The notes under the pieces were generated by a model. It was not told the origin of the DNA. It saw nothing but the letters and a program-made list of their open reading frames with translations, and searched no databases. Of a stretch of 64,000 nucleotides of DNA, positions 39,601 to 48,012 are shown in pieces. The position numbers and the translations under genes are program-made. How positions within the stretch are numbered: the first letter of the stretch is position 1; every line of letters begins with the position of its first letter. Origin of the DNA: Candidatus Latescibacterota bacterium (lineage in GTDB: Bacteria > Krumholzibacteriota > Krumholzibacteriia > WVZY01); contig CAWBQK010000013.1 in assembly GCA_963791045.1 (NCBI GenBank), forward strand, positions 160,001 to 224,000. Direction: 5' to 3'.

Positions 39601-39912
39601 GCCATCGGCATCAATCCGGTCGTCTATGAAAACGCACTCGAGAACGCATATCCCAACCCATTCAATCCAACGACCACGATCGGGTATTCGATCGCGGAGC
39701 GCTCGCACGTGTCGTTGAAGATCTACAATGTTGCTGGGCAGTTGATAAAAACGCTGGTCGATGAGATTCAGTCACCGCGAGCGGAAGAGTCTGCAGAGTG
39801 ACATGGGATGGGACAAGCGATACGGGGCAAGAGGTTTCGAGCGGTGTTTATTTTTACAAGATCACGACGAAAGGATTTTCGAGAGACGAGGAAGATGGTG
39901 CTGCTAAAATAA
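36622..39912 (+). pseudogene. Paralog 4 of the secreted protein family, interrupted by several frameshifts (possibly assembly errors)
   Basis: MRSLLNSLSCVLVAVCLTATPALA signal peptide at 36622; homologous segments in ORFs 36456-38462, 38372-39031, 38796-39062, 39022-39801 and 39798-; ends AAG ATG GTG CTG CTA AAA TAA (KMVLLK*). Confidence 0.8.
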
Positions 39913-40155
39913 GTTTTGTTTTCGAAACGAGCACTCCCTTTCGAGAGGGCCGATGGAGTTCGACGCACGAATTCGGGCGGCGACCCAGGATGCCGGCGGA
40001 TATCCAACAAGGTTGCAACTCGACTGGGCAAGGAGAACACCGTCGGCTCTCTCTTTTCTTGGCGCCGACGGCCCTTTGGCCAAACTGTCCGCCGGAGGCA
40101 CGGGAATTGCCAAAATAGACGATTATGGTGTAGGCTGGATATAGAGGAAAAAACC

Positions 40156-40686
40156 ATGATCCGTCACAATCAAACGACACTATCGCGTAACAGGTCCGTT
40201 AACATCAAGTGGCTTTGGCTCTTTGGAGTCCTCACGCTGGTCCTGTTGGCGTCGTGTACCAGCGCGCCGCGGTATCGCTCGGGCTCAATGGACGCCAGCA
40301 AGGGCAGCGGCGACCGGCAAGAGATCATCCATTATGCAAAATCGTTTCTTGGAACGCCGTACCGCTACGGCGGGACAACCCGGAACGGAGTCGACTGCTC
40401 GGGTCTGGTAACGGCCGTGTACCGGGAGTTCGATATCAGCTTGCCGCGATCTTCAGCCGACCAGAGCCGGGTGGGTGACGGTGTGAACCGGTCGAATCTA
40501 GAGCCGGCGGATCTCGTGTTCTTCAAGACTTCGGGAAGCGGGACGATATCACACGTCGGAATCTATATCGGTGACGGCAAGTTTATCCATGCGTCGACGA
40601 GCGCGCGCAAGGTCAGGATCGATTACCTCGACGACGACTATTTCAGACGCCGTTTCAGAGCCGCCCGCCGCGTAGTCTCGAGTTGA
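40156..40686 (+). CDS. NlpC/P60 (C40) lipoprotein peptidase
   Basis: LASC lipobox; LGTPYRYGG, DCSGL, DLVFF, HVGIYIG..FIHAS. Confidence 0.93.
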   Translation: MIRHNQTTLSRNRSVNIKWLWLFGVLTLVLLASCTSAPRYRSGSMDASKGSGDRQEIIHYAKSFLGTPYRYGGTTRNGVDCSGLVTAVYREFDISLPRSSADQSRVGDGVNRSNLEPADLVFFKTSGSGTISHVGIYIGDGKFIHASTSARKVRIDYLDDDYFRRRFRAARRVVSS

Positions 40687-40703
40687 GATCCGCGCGGTCA
40701 GCC

Positions 40704-41561
40704 TTACGGCGCCTTGATTTCTTCCAAAGTCTCCGACAGAAGCTTGTTGAACCCGCCCGGATCTTCGAGCATCAAAAAATGTCCGTACCCCGGCATTAGC
40801 TTCACCTCAAAGGTCTTTGCCTGACGCTTCCCCGCCTCGACATTCGTCGGCCACAGATCCGCGTTAATCGCGTACACCGGTATGTCGAGTCCCTCGAGCT
40901 TTCCCTTTGGGTTGTAGCTCAATACGCTCCGCATCACCGCGATGGCGATTTTCTTCGGCGAGGATGCCATGTCGGCGGTGACCTCTTCCACGAGTGCCGA
41001 GTCCGCGCCCGCCGGAAACATCATGGCGACAAAAGACCTCGTCGTACCCTCAAAGTCAGCTTTGAACGCTCCCAAGAACTGGTCGCGTTCCATCTCCGGG
41101 ACGGCCAATTCGAGATCGTGATAGGTGTCGCCGCCGACGAGCCCAACCACACGCTCGGGCATCAACCGCGCCGCTTCGATGTTCACCGAACCTCCCATCG
41201 AATGCCCTACGAGAACCACTTTTTCGAGACCGAGTTTGTTGACCACGGCGGCGACATCGGCGCCATACGCCTCCATCGTCCAATTGGTTCTCTTTGTGCC
41301 CGATTCGCCGTGTCCCGGAAGATCAATGGCAACCACCTGATACTGTTCACGAAAAAACGCCATCTGCGCGTTCCAGTATGAGCGGTCGCAAGACCACCCG
41401 TGGACAAAAACAACGGCGACGTCCCCGATGCCATCCGTTGTAAACGCGATTTTGACTTCATCCGCGGACATCACCTCTCGCTGCGGCGTCTCCGCATAAA
41501 AAGACAAACTGACGAGAAACATCGACAACACCGCCAACCCAATCACCGTAAAAACTCTCAT
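40704..41561 (-). CDS. Alpha/beta hydrolase, exported
   Basis: FVHGW, DLPGHGES, GHSMGG, GHFLMLE; GGAGGT SD. Confidence 0.9.
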   Translation of the reverse strand: MRVFTVIGLAVLSMFLVSLSFYAETPQREVMSADEVKIAFTTDGIGDVAVVFVHGWSCDRSYWNAQMAFFREQYQVVAIDLPGHGESGTKRTNWTMEAYGADVAAVVNKLGLEKVVLVGHSMGGSVNIEAARLMPERVVGLVGGDTYHDLELAVPEMERDQFLGAFKADFEGTTRSFVAMMFPAGADSALVEEVTADMASSPKKIAIAVMRSVLSYNPKGKLEGLDIPVYAINADLWPTNVEAGKRQAKTFEVKLMPGYGHFLMLEDPGGFNKLLSETLEEIKAP

Positions 41562-41619
41562 TCCAGACCTCCAATCCGCTTTTGATTCCACAAACCAGAT
41601 CAACATCATTACCCGCGGA

Positions 41620-41817
41620 CTAGTTCGTCCGCCGGAAGTAAATCATTGCCCCCACTTTTGCCGTGGCCATCGCACACATGATCACAAAAAGATCCCAGCG
41701 CATCTCGCCGGTCTTGAAATACCCATACGTGAACGACGCGAGCATCAGAACCACGCCGACAAGCAACGACAAACGCGTTGCCTTGTAACGGTGCATGACA
41801 AATCGTTCATCAACCAT
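41620..41817 (-). CDS. Small 2-TM membrane protein
   Basis: MVDERFVMHR followed by two hydrophobic segments; overlaps the XRE gene stop. Confidence 0.7.
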   Translation of the reverse strand: MVDERFVMHRYKATRLSLLVGVVLMLASFTYGYFKTGEMRWDLFVIMCAMATAKVGAMIYFRRTN

Positions 41818-42031
41818 TTCCCTCGCCCTCCTCAAGCTTGAACATCTCGTCGGCCGAACAATCGAAGTAACGAGCCAGTTTGAGTGCGAGCGGAAGGCTC
41901 GGGACATACCGGCCCCGCTCAATCGAAATGATGGTTTGTCTCGACACACCCATGGCCCGGGCCAGGTCCTCCTGGGTCAGACCGGCCCTTTTTCGGTAAT
42001 CCCTGACAGTGTTCAGGATGTTTTCACTCAT
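41810..42031 (-). CDS. XRE-family HTH regulator
   Basis: LTQEDLARAMGVSRQTIISIERGRYVPSL. Confidence 0.92.
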   Translation of the reverse strand: MSENILNTVRDYRKRAGLTQEDLARAMGVSRQTIISIERGRYVPSLPLALKLARYFDCSADEMFKLEEGEGNG

Positions 42032-42215
42032 GCGTATCGGTCAGCGCCTGCGTGATGAGACGGAATACGCTCAAAGCAAACGCGAACCCAAGAAGAAGCC
42101 CCTCAAGAAAAACAAGGCCTCCGACATTTCCGTAGTCCATGCGCGTAAGGAAAAGCGACAGACACAAACTCACCATCGCTATCGGGAGCAGTAGATTTCC
42201 CTTTTTTCCGAGCAT
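42024..42215 (-). CDS. Small 2-TM membrane protein
   Basis: GGAGG then MLGKKGNLLLPIAMV; two hydrophobic helices. Confidence 0.65.
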   Translation of the reverse strand: MLGKKGNLLLPIAMVSLCLSLFLTRMDYGNVGGLVFLEGLLLGFAFALSVFRLITQALTDTHE

Positions 42216-42308
42216 GGCGACCTCCCTGTTGTTCCGGCTTGATATCCTGCCGTCGCCGGTATCCCTTCCCCGCCGGTGGACGGCGGAGCAGTTTTTCACT
42301 TGCATTTT

Positions 42309-42420
42309 ATGTAAAGCATGCTTTACATTTGAGATCCAGTCCGAGCCCTTCACAATGTCAAGCTGACTTTACATTCTAGAATAACCCCCCCACCCAAAAT
42401 TGTCAAGCTGACTTTACATT
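42309..42420 (-). promoter_or_regulatory. Three palindromic operators plus minus-strand sigma70 promoter of the XRE operon
   Basis: TGT(A/C)AAG-N4-CTTTACA at 42310, 42356 and 42401; minus-strand TTGACA (42401-42406)-17-TATTCT. Confidence 0.8.
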
Positions 42421-42566
42421 TTTTGAGACTGCCGTTGATTCGAACGGAGCTCGCCCACGCTCCACGGGTCGAGATTCCCCGATAGGCAAATTTTCTTGAC
42501 ACCCCTCCGGGCCATATGTTCTACTCATTCAGCACGTTCAGAAACATTTGTAATTAGCTTATTATT

Positions 42567-43106
42567 ATGGAGATATACGTGACAAGGCTCAAGCAGCAAA
42601 CGGAAGACCCGCTTGACATCTTCATAAAGGGATGGGGACGGATGGGAATCTACTGGGGAGTCGGCAAAATGATGGCCGAGATCCAGGCCCTTCTCTATAT
42701 GAGCCAGGATCCTCTGGGTCTCGACGAAATGTCCGAGCGGCTAAAGACCAGTCGAAGCAACATCAGCCTCAACGTGCGCGCCCTCCAGGATCTTGGCGTC
42801 GTGCGGAAGATCATACTTCCCGGTGACCGCAAGGATTATTACACCGCGGAGACCGACCTCGAGAAGGTCGCGCGGAAACTCGCGGCGGTTAAGAAAAAAC
42901 GGGAGCTCGACCCGGCGCTTGAAATCGTCAACCGCACTTTGAGCGCGGCCGATGGAAACAACGGTGGGATGAATCCTGTCGGCAACGCCGTCGACACGCG
43001 CCGGCTCCAAGAGCTGGGAAATCTCATGCAAAAAATCGGCAGTGTTTTTGAAATGTTTATTGAAGACGACGAAACGGATAGCGATACAAAAACCCATAAC
43101 ATGTAA
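42567..43106 (+). CDS. GbsR/MarR-family transcriptional regulator
   Basis: WGRMGIYWG..AEIQALLY, SRSNIS, GDRKDYY, KKRELDP. Confidence 0.85.
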   Translation: MEIYVTRLKQQTEDPLDIFIKGWGRMGIYWGVGKMMAEIQALLYMSQDPLGLDEMSERLKTSRSNISLNVRALQDLGVVRKIILPGDRKDYYTAETDLEKVARKLAAVKKKRELDPALEIVNRTLSAADGNNGGMNPVGNAVDTRRLQELGNLMQKIGSVFEMFIEDDETDSDTKTHNM

Positions 43107-43121
43107 AGGGTCATCTTAGAC

Positions 43122-44144
43122 ATGTTGAACGCGATGAAAAAATACGAGGCTATGGGTTCGGTAATCGATCGCTGCAACGCCAGAGTGCTCGAGATCCTCC
43201 AGTCGAGCGACGTTCGCGAGGCGAAAATTGCCGCCGAGAGTTTCAAGAACGGCGGTAAACGCCTCCGGCCCGCTTTGATGATTTTGTCATCGCTCGCACC
43301 GACAAACGAACCCCTCGACGTCGTCGATCCGCCGCTCATCGATCTCGCCGCCGCGGTCGAACTCGTCCATTTGGCGACTCTCTTTCATGATGATGTTATT
43401 GATGAGGTTGAGACCCGCCGTTCCCAGCTGAGCGCGCGAGTCAAGTACGGCAATCATGCATCGGTTCTGGCCGGTGATTATGTTCTCGCCGAATCCCTGC
43501 TCCTCGTCCAGAAAAGCGAGCTCGCGCATACGATGCCCGAGTTCTTGAGGACTATCAGCGTCCTCGTCCAGGGCGAAAGCCGCGAGACAACCCACAAATT
43601 TGATTTCGATATCAACGAAGCCGCGTACTACGAGATAATTTCCGAAAAAAGCGCTTCCCTCTTCGCGTTGAGCTGCAAAGTCGGAGGGATGAGCCGTGAC
43701 TCGGAGTACGCCGATTTGCTGGGCCATTTTGGGTGGAATCTCGGGATGGCATTCCAGATGATCGACGATCTCGACGACATGCTCGACCTGCCGCGGGGGA
43801 TGGATGACTGCGACCTGAAGAACGGGTACCTTGCCCTTCCCCTGATTCGGACACTCAACTCGCTTCACGACGGACACCGGGAAGAACTCGTGGATATCAT
43901 TCGCGCGGGCGCGTTCACACCTGAAAACGAAAGACGGATCGTCTCGTTGTGCCGGGAACACGGCGGGTTCGAAGTTACGGCCAACGCGATCCACAAACAT
44001 CTCGACAGGGCCGGAGAAGCGATCGGCCGGTTCGAATCCGAGGGCGAGGCGCGGGTGCTTCTCGAGAATGTAGTGCTCGACCTCAAAACCTATGCGGACA
44101 TGCAGATAACAGAGCTTGCCGAGTTCACCAAAACAGGCAATTAG
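43122..44144 (+). CDS. Polyprenyl diphosphate synthase
   Basis: GGKRLRP, HDDVID (FARM), VLAGD, AFQMIDDLDD (SARM). Confidence 0.92.
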   Translation: MLNAMKKYEAMGSVIDRCNARVLEILQSSDVREAKIAAESFKNGGKRLRPALMILSSLAPTNEPLDVVDPPLIDLAAAVELVHLATLFHDDVIDEVETRRSQLSARVKYGNHASVLAGDYVLAESLLLVQKSELAHTMPEFLRTISVLVQGESRETTHKFDFDINEAAYYEIISEKSASLFALSCKVGGMSRDSEYADLLGHFGWNLGMAFQMIDDLDDMLDLPRGMDDCDLKNGYLALPLIRTLNSLHDGHREELVDIIRAGAFTPENERRIVSLCREHGGFEVTANAIHKHLDRAGEAIGRFESEGEARVLLENVVLDLKTYADMQITELAEFTKTGN

Positions 44145-44208
44145 ATATTTTTCATCCAGCCGCTTGCGCCAACAAAATCAAAGAAGAACGCTTAAGGGGG
44201 TACCTGTC

Positions 44209-46560
44209 TTGTCGACAAAGAAAGATGTGGGACAGCTGTTCAACGATCTCGAATCGAACTTCGAAACGTGGGAAAAGGTCAAGGACTGCGCGGACCAGTT
44301 TATCGATATAATTCTCAACTATCGACAAAGCGGTCATCCGGGCGGCTCCCGATCGAAGGTCCACGCCTTTGTCGCGACACTTCTCGGCGGCATCATGCGG
44401 TGGGATATCCGCCACCCCGAGAAAACATTCGGCGACCGTTTCATCCTCGTTGCCGGCCACACGGTCCCTCTTGTATATGGAACACTCCCCGTTCTCTTCG
44501 AAGCCATGCGAACAAAACACCAGCAAACGGGCGACGACAGGTATCTCGTGGCCGACGCGAAAGACAGGGGCTTGTACTGGGAGGATCTCGTCGAGTTCCG
44601 CCGGAACAAGGGCCTGCCCGGTCACGCCGAGATGGAAGGCAAGACGCTCTTCCTGAAATTCAACACCGGCCCTTCGGGTCACGGCTCCCCGGCCGCCGCC
44701 GGCCAGGCGTTTGCGCTCAAGAGGGCGGGGGCTGGAGACGTCAACGTTTTTGCTTTTGAGGGAGAAGGCGGACTCACACCGGGCGCGGCACACGAAACAA
44801 TGAACTCTGCGTGGGGGCTCGGCCTCAGCAATATGATTTACGTGATCGACTGGAACGATTACGGCATCGACGCTCACAAGTACAGTTCCGTCATCGACAA
44901 GAGCCCGCGCGAGTGGTTCGACGCGCACGGGTGGCGGGTTCGCGAGTCCGAAGACGGCAACAACTGGGAATCCATCACGCGCTCCCTCGTCGATATCGTC
45001 CACGGGGACAATCCCGACAACCGCCCAAACGCGGTGTTTATGAAGACCCGCAAAGGCCGCGGCTACCTCAAGTATGACTACGCCTCTCACGGGGCTCCGC
45101 ACAAGATGAACTCGGATCTTTTCTGGCAGACGAAACAGCCCTTCATGGAAAAATACGGAGTCGAGTTCGAAGGATACAACCAGCCCGCCCCGGATGACGC
45201 GGACGCACAGCGCGAGCAGATGAAAAACAACCTGCAGGTTGTTGCCGACGTCATACGAAACGATCAGGCGATGGTCGACTCTCTCGCCGACACGCTCGTG
45301 ATGCTGGGGGATTCGGTCCCCGATAAACCCAGTGCCTTGAAAATCGATCTTTCCCGCAGTCCGCTGGAAGATCCGCGGTTGTTTGATTTCAAAAACTATC
45401 CGGAAAAGATGTTCGCCAAACCCGGCGACAAAAAACCCAATCGTGCGGGACTGGAAGCATTTGGCTCCTGGGTGAATTCCTGGTGCGGAAAAGAATACAA
45501 CCGGCCTCTCTTTATCGCGATGAGCGCGGATCTCGCCGAGTCGACGAACATTGCCGGGTTTGCCAAAGATTTCGACGGGCAAAAGGGATACGGGTGGTAC
45601 GAGCGCGACGAGAATCCGGACGGAACGCTCCTTCCCCAGGCGATCACCGAATTCGCGAACTCGGGAATCTCGGTGGGTCTTGCCTCCGTGAATTTCTCGC
45701 CAAAACCATTCGAGACATTCGATGGATTTCTCTCGGCGTGTTCAACGTATGGCTCGTTCTCGTATCTCAAGTACGGAATGATGCGGCTCTTCAGCCAACT
45801 CGCGCAGGACTCGCCGATAAAAGTGGGGCAGGTGCTCTGGGTGGTCGGACATAGCGGACCCGAAACGGCGGACGACTCGAGGACTCATTTCGGCGTGTTC
45901 TCCCCGGGCGTGACACAGCTCTTCCCCGAAGGCCAGGTGATCGACGTCCATCCATGGGAGTACAACGAGGTTCCCGTGGTGATCGCCGCCGCGCTAAAGA
46001 CCGGCACACCGATTGTCGCGCTTCATCTCACGAGGCCCCCGATCACCATCCCCGACCGTAAGGGACTTGGCATGCCATCGCATTTCGAAGCGGCCAGGGG
46101 CGCCTACGTGATGAGACCCTACAAGGACGGCGAGCCGCGAATGGGCACCGTAGTGGTCCAGGGAACGTCGACCACGAACAACGTCACAAAGATCCTGCCG
46201 GCTCTCGACAAAGAGAACCTCAACGTGAAAATTGTCGCGGCAATCAGCCCACAGCTTTTTGCCGCGCAAAGTGCGGAGTATCGTGAATCCGTGTATTCTC
46301 CACAAGATCGCATGGACGCGATGGCCGTCACGAACCGCTCCCGGCGTTTGATGGCGGACTGGATCGATCCTTCAATATCGGCGGATTTCACCCTCAGTTC
46401 GGATTGGGATGACAGGTGGAGAACCGGTGGAACACTCGATGAAGTAATCGAAGAAGCGAGACTGTCAGCCGACCACATATTGGACGGTATACGCCGCTTT
46501 GCAAACGCGCGCGCCGAACGGCTGGCCCGGATCGAACGGATCCTCAACGGTATCCGTTGA
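44209..46560 (+). CDS. tkt: Transketolase (divergent long type)
   Basis: SGHPGGS, DRFILVAGH, PGHAE, TGPSGHG, SADLAES, HSGPETADDSRTH; TTG start inferred. Confidence 0.85.
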   Translation: MSTKKDVGQLFNDLESNFETWEKVKDCADQFIDIILNYRQSGHPGGSRSKVHAFVATLLGGIMRWDIRHPEKTFGDRFILVAGHTVPLVYGTLPVLFEAMRTKHQQTGDDRYLVADAKDRGLYWEDLVEFRRNKGLPGHAEMEGKTLFLKFNTGPSGHGSPAAAGQAFALKRAGAGDVNVFAFEGEGGLTPGAAHETMNSAWGLGLSNMIYVIDWNDYGIDAHKYSSVIDKSPREWFDAHGWRVRESEDGNNWESITRSLVDIVHGDNPDNRPNAVFMKTRKGRGYLKYDYASHGAPHKMNSDLFWQTKQPFMEKYGVEFEGYNQPAPDDADAQREQMKNNLQVVADVIRNDQAMVDSLADTLVMLGDSVPDKPSALKIDLSRSPLEDPRLFDFKNYPEKMFAKPGDKKPNRAGLEAFGSWVNSWCGKEYNRPLFIAMSADLAESTNIAGFAKDFDGQKGYGWYERDENPDGTLLPQAITEFANSGISVGLASVNFSPKPFETFDGFLSACSTYGSFSYLKYGMMRLFSQLAQDSPIKVGQVLWVVGHSGPETADDSRTHFGVFSPGVTQLFPEGQVIDVHPWEYNEVPVVIAAALKTGTPIVALHLTRPPITIPDRKGLGMPSHFEAARGAYVMRPYKDGEPRMGTVVVQGTSTTNNVTKILPALDKENLNVKIVAAISPQLFAAQSAEYRESVYSPQDRMDAMAVTNRSRRLMADWIDPSISADFTLSSDWDDRWRTGGTLDEVIEEARLSADHILDGIRRFANARAERLARIERILNGIR

Positions 46561-46595
46561 GGCCATCACTCAGAAGCAGGCGCCAAATCCCCTGC

Positions 46596-47165
46596 TCAGC
46601 TCTCCGGAGGTGGGGTTGATTTTGGCGCGACAGGCGCGGCCCCAGCCGGAACCGCATCGAGACGTTCGCGCTTCGCCCGACTGTAGACAAGCCAACCCGC
46701 GACAATCAGCACCAGCGGCCACAACCGGATTAGCGGTGTCAAGACACGTGATCCTGACGAACCGCGGACAGCCCAGAAACAAACCACCGCTGCGATCACG
46801 GCGGCGAGACCGACAACCAGCGCGGCCCCCGGACGGTCCCCCGTCGCGCCGAGTGCGAGGAGTCCGATTCCCGCGATCAGCGGAAAGAACGGCCACAAAA
46901 TTCTCATCTCCCCCCACGGGAGCATTCCCGTGGAAAAAACAAAGAAAAACGCGCCCAGACCGGACATTACCAATCCGGCAAACAACTGCTCGGGCGCCCT
47001 GCCGCTCGCATAGACCTTCAGCAAAAACACACCGCCGATCAGTGGAAACAACGGCCAGATGGCTTCCCATCCGAACCACAGGAGCCCGTTGTTGACCAGA
47101 AGGAAGAGAAGCCCGAGACCGGCGAGGAAAATGCCGAGAATTTCCCTGTTTCTACTCTTTATCAT
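46596..47165 (-). CDS. Membrane protein with repeated LiaF/DUF5668-like WP motifs
   Basis: IWPLFPLI, LWPFFPLI and LWPLVLI repeats within TM helices. Confidence 0.7.
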   Translation of the reverse strand: MIKSRNREILGIFLAGLGLLFLLVNNGLLWFGWEAIWPLFPLIGGVFLLKVYASGRAPEQLFAGLVMSGLGAFFFVFSTGMLPWGEMRILWPFFPLIAGIGLLALGATGDRPGAALVVGLAAVIAAVVCFWAVRGSSGSRVLTPLIRLWPLVLIVAGWLVYSRAKRERLDAVPAGAAPVAPKSTPPPES

Positions 47166-47343
47166 TGTTCGTCCTCTTATGGTTTGGCGACGGTAGATTC
47201 TTGAACGCCCGTGGAAAAAAGTCAATGAAATGTGAATTGCCAGCATCCGGCAAATCCAATATACTGCGTTTGCTCGAAAAAGGTGTATCGACCGCGGCGT
47301 GACAATCCCGTCACGTCGAAATCCCAAAAGAGAGTCAAACATC

Positions 47344-47988
47344 ATGATCGGAGACAAGGTCGTTCCAAAACCTCACCACACGGCGGCGGCGGAAGCCATT
47401 TTTGTCCACCTCAAAAAGAGAATGGAGAAAAAAAGGACGGCAATCACCGTCGCAGGCGAGTCAGGCAGCGGCAAATCAGAGATAGCCGTCGAGCTCGAAA
47501 GACTCCTGGCGGGCCAGGGGGCTAAGCCCATCATTTTTCAGCAGGATGACTACTTTTTTCTTCCCCCCGAAACCAACGCTCAAACCAGGAAGAAAGACAT
47601 CAAACATGTGGGGCTCGGAGAGGTAAACCTCGCGCTGCTCGACGAGCACGTCCGACTGTTCAAATTCTCACCGGCGGACGAGATCGAAAAACCGCTCGTC
47701 ATCTTCGCCGAAGACCGCGTGACAAAAGAGAAGACTGCCCCGGCAGACTTTGATGTCCTGATCGCGGAGGGCACTTACACCACGCTTCTCAACCACGCCG
47801 ATTTCCACGTCTTTATTGACAGAAGCTTCGAGGAAACGCTCGAACATCGCAGGGAACGCGCCCGCGATCCACTTGACGAGTTTTCGGAACGTATACTTGA
47901 GATCGAACACAACATTATTTCAAAACACAAGAGCCTGGCCGAAATCGTTGTAAACAACGACTACACGGTCACATGGGCCGGCGATTGA
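47344..47988 (+). CDS. P-loop kinase, uridine-kinase/PRK-like
   Basis: ITVAGESGSGKS, QDDYF, LIAEGTY. Confidence 0.8.
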   Translation: MIGDKVVPKPHHTAAAEAIFVHLKKRMEKKRTAITVAGESGSGKSEIAVELERLLAGQGAKPIIFQQDDYFFLPPETNAQTRKKDIKHVGLGEVNLALLDEHVRLFKFSPADEIEKPLVIFAEDRVTKEKTAPADFDVLIAEGTYTTLLNHADFHVFIDRSFEETLEHRRERARDPLDEFSERILEIEHNIISKHKSLAEIVVNNDYTVTWAGD

Positions 47989-48012
47989 CACCAAGGGAGA
48001 AGCGAGACAACA

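Noticed and set aside
25552-39912. Diversity-generating retroelement acting on the paralogs
   Set aside because: No reverse transcriptase in the window and no short TR/VR pair with adenine-only differences was seen; similarity spans whole genes.
42309-42420. Mini CRISPR array
   Set aside because: Only three ~18-20-bp palindromes overlapping a promoter, and no cas genes; better explained as operators.
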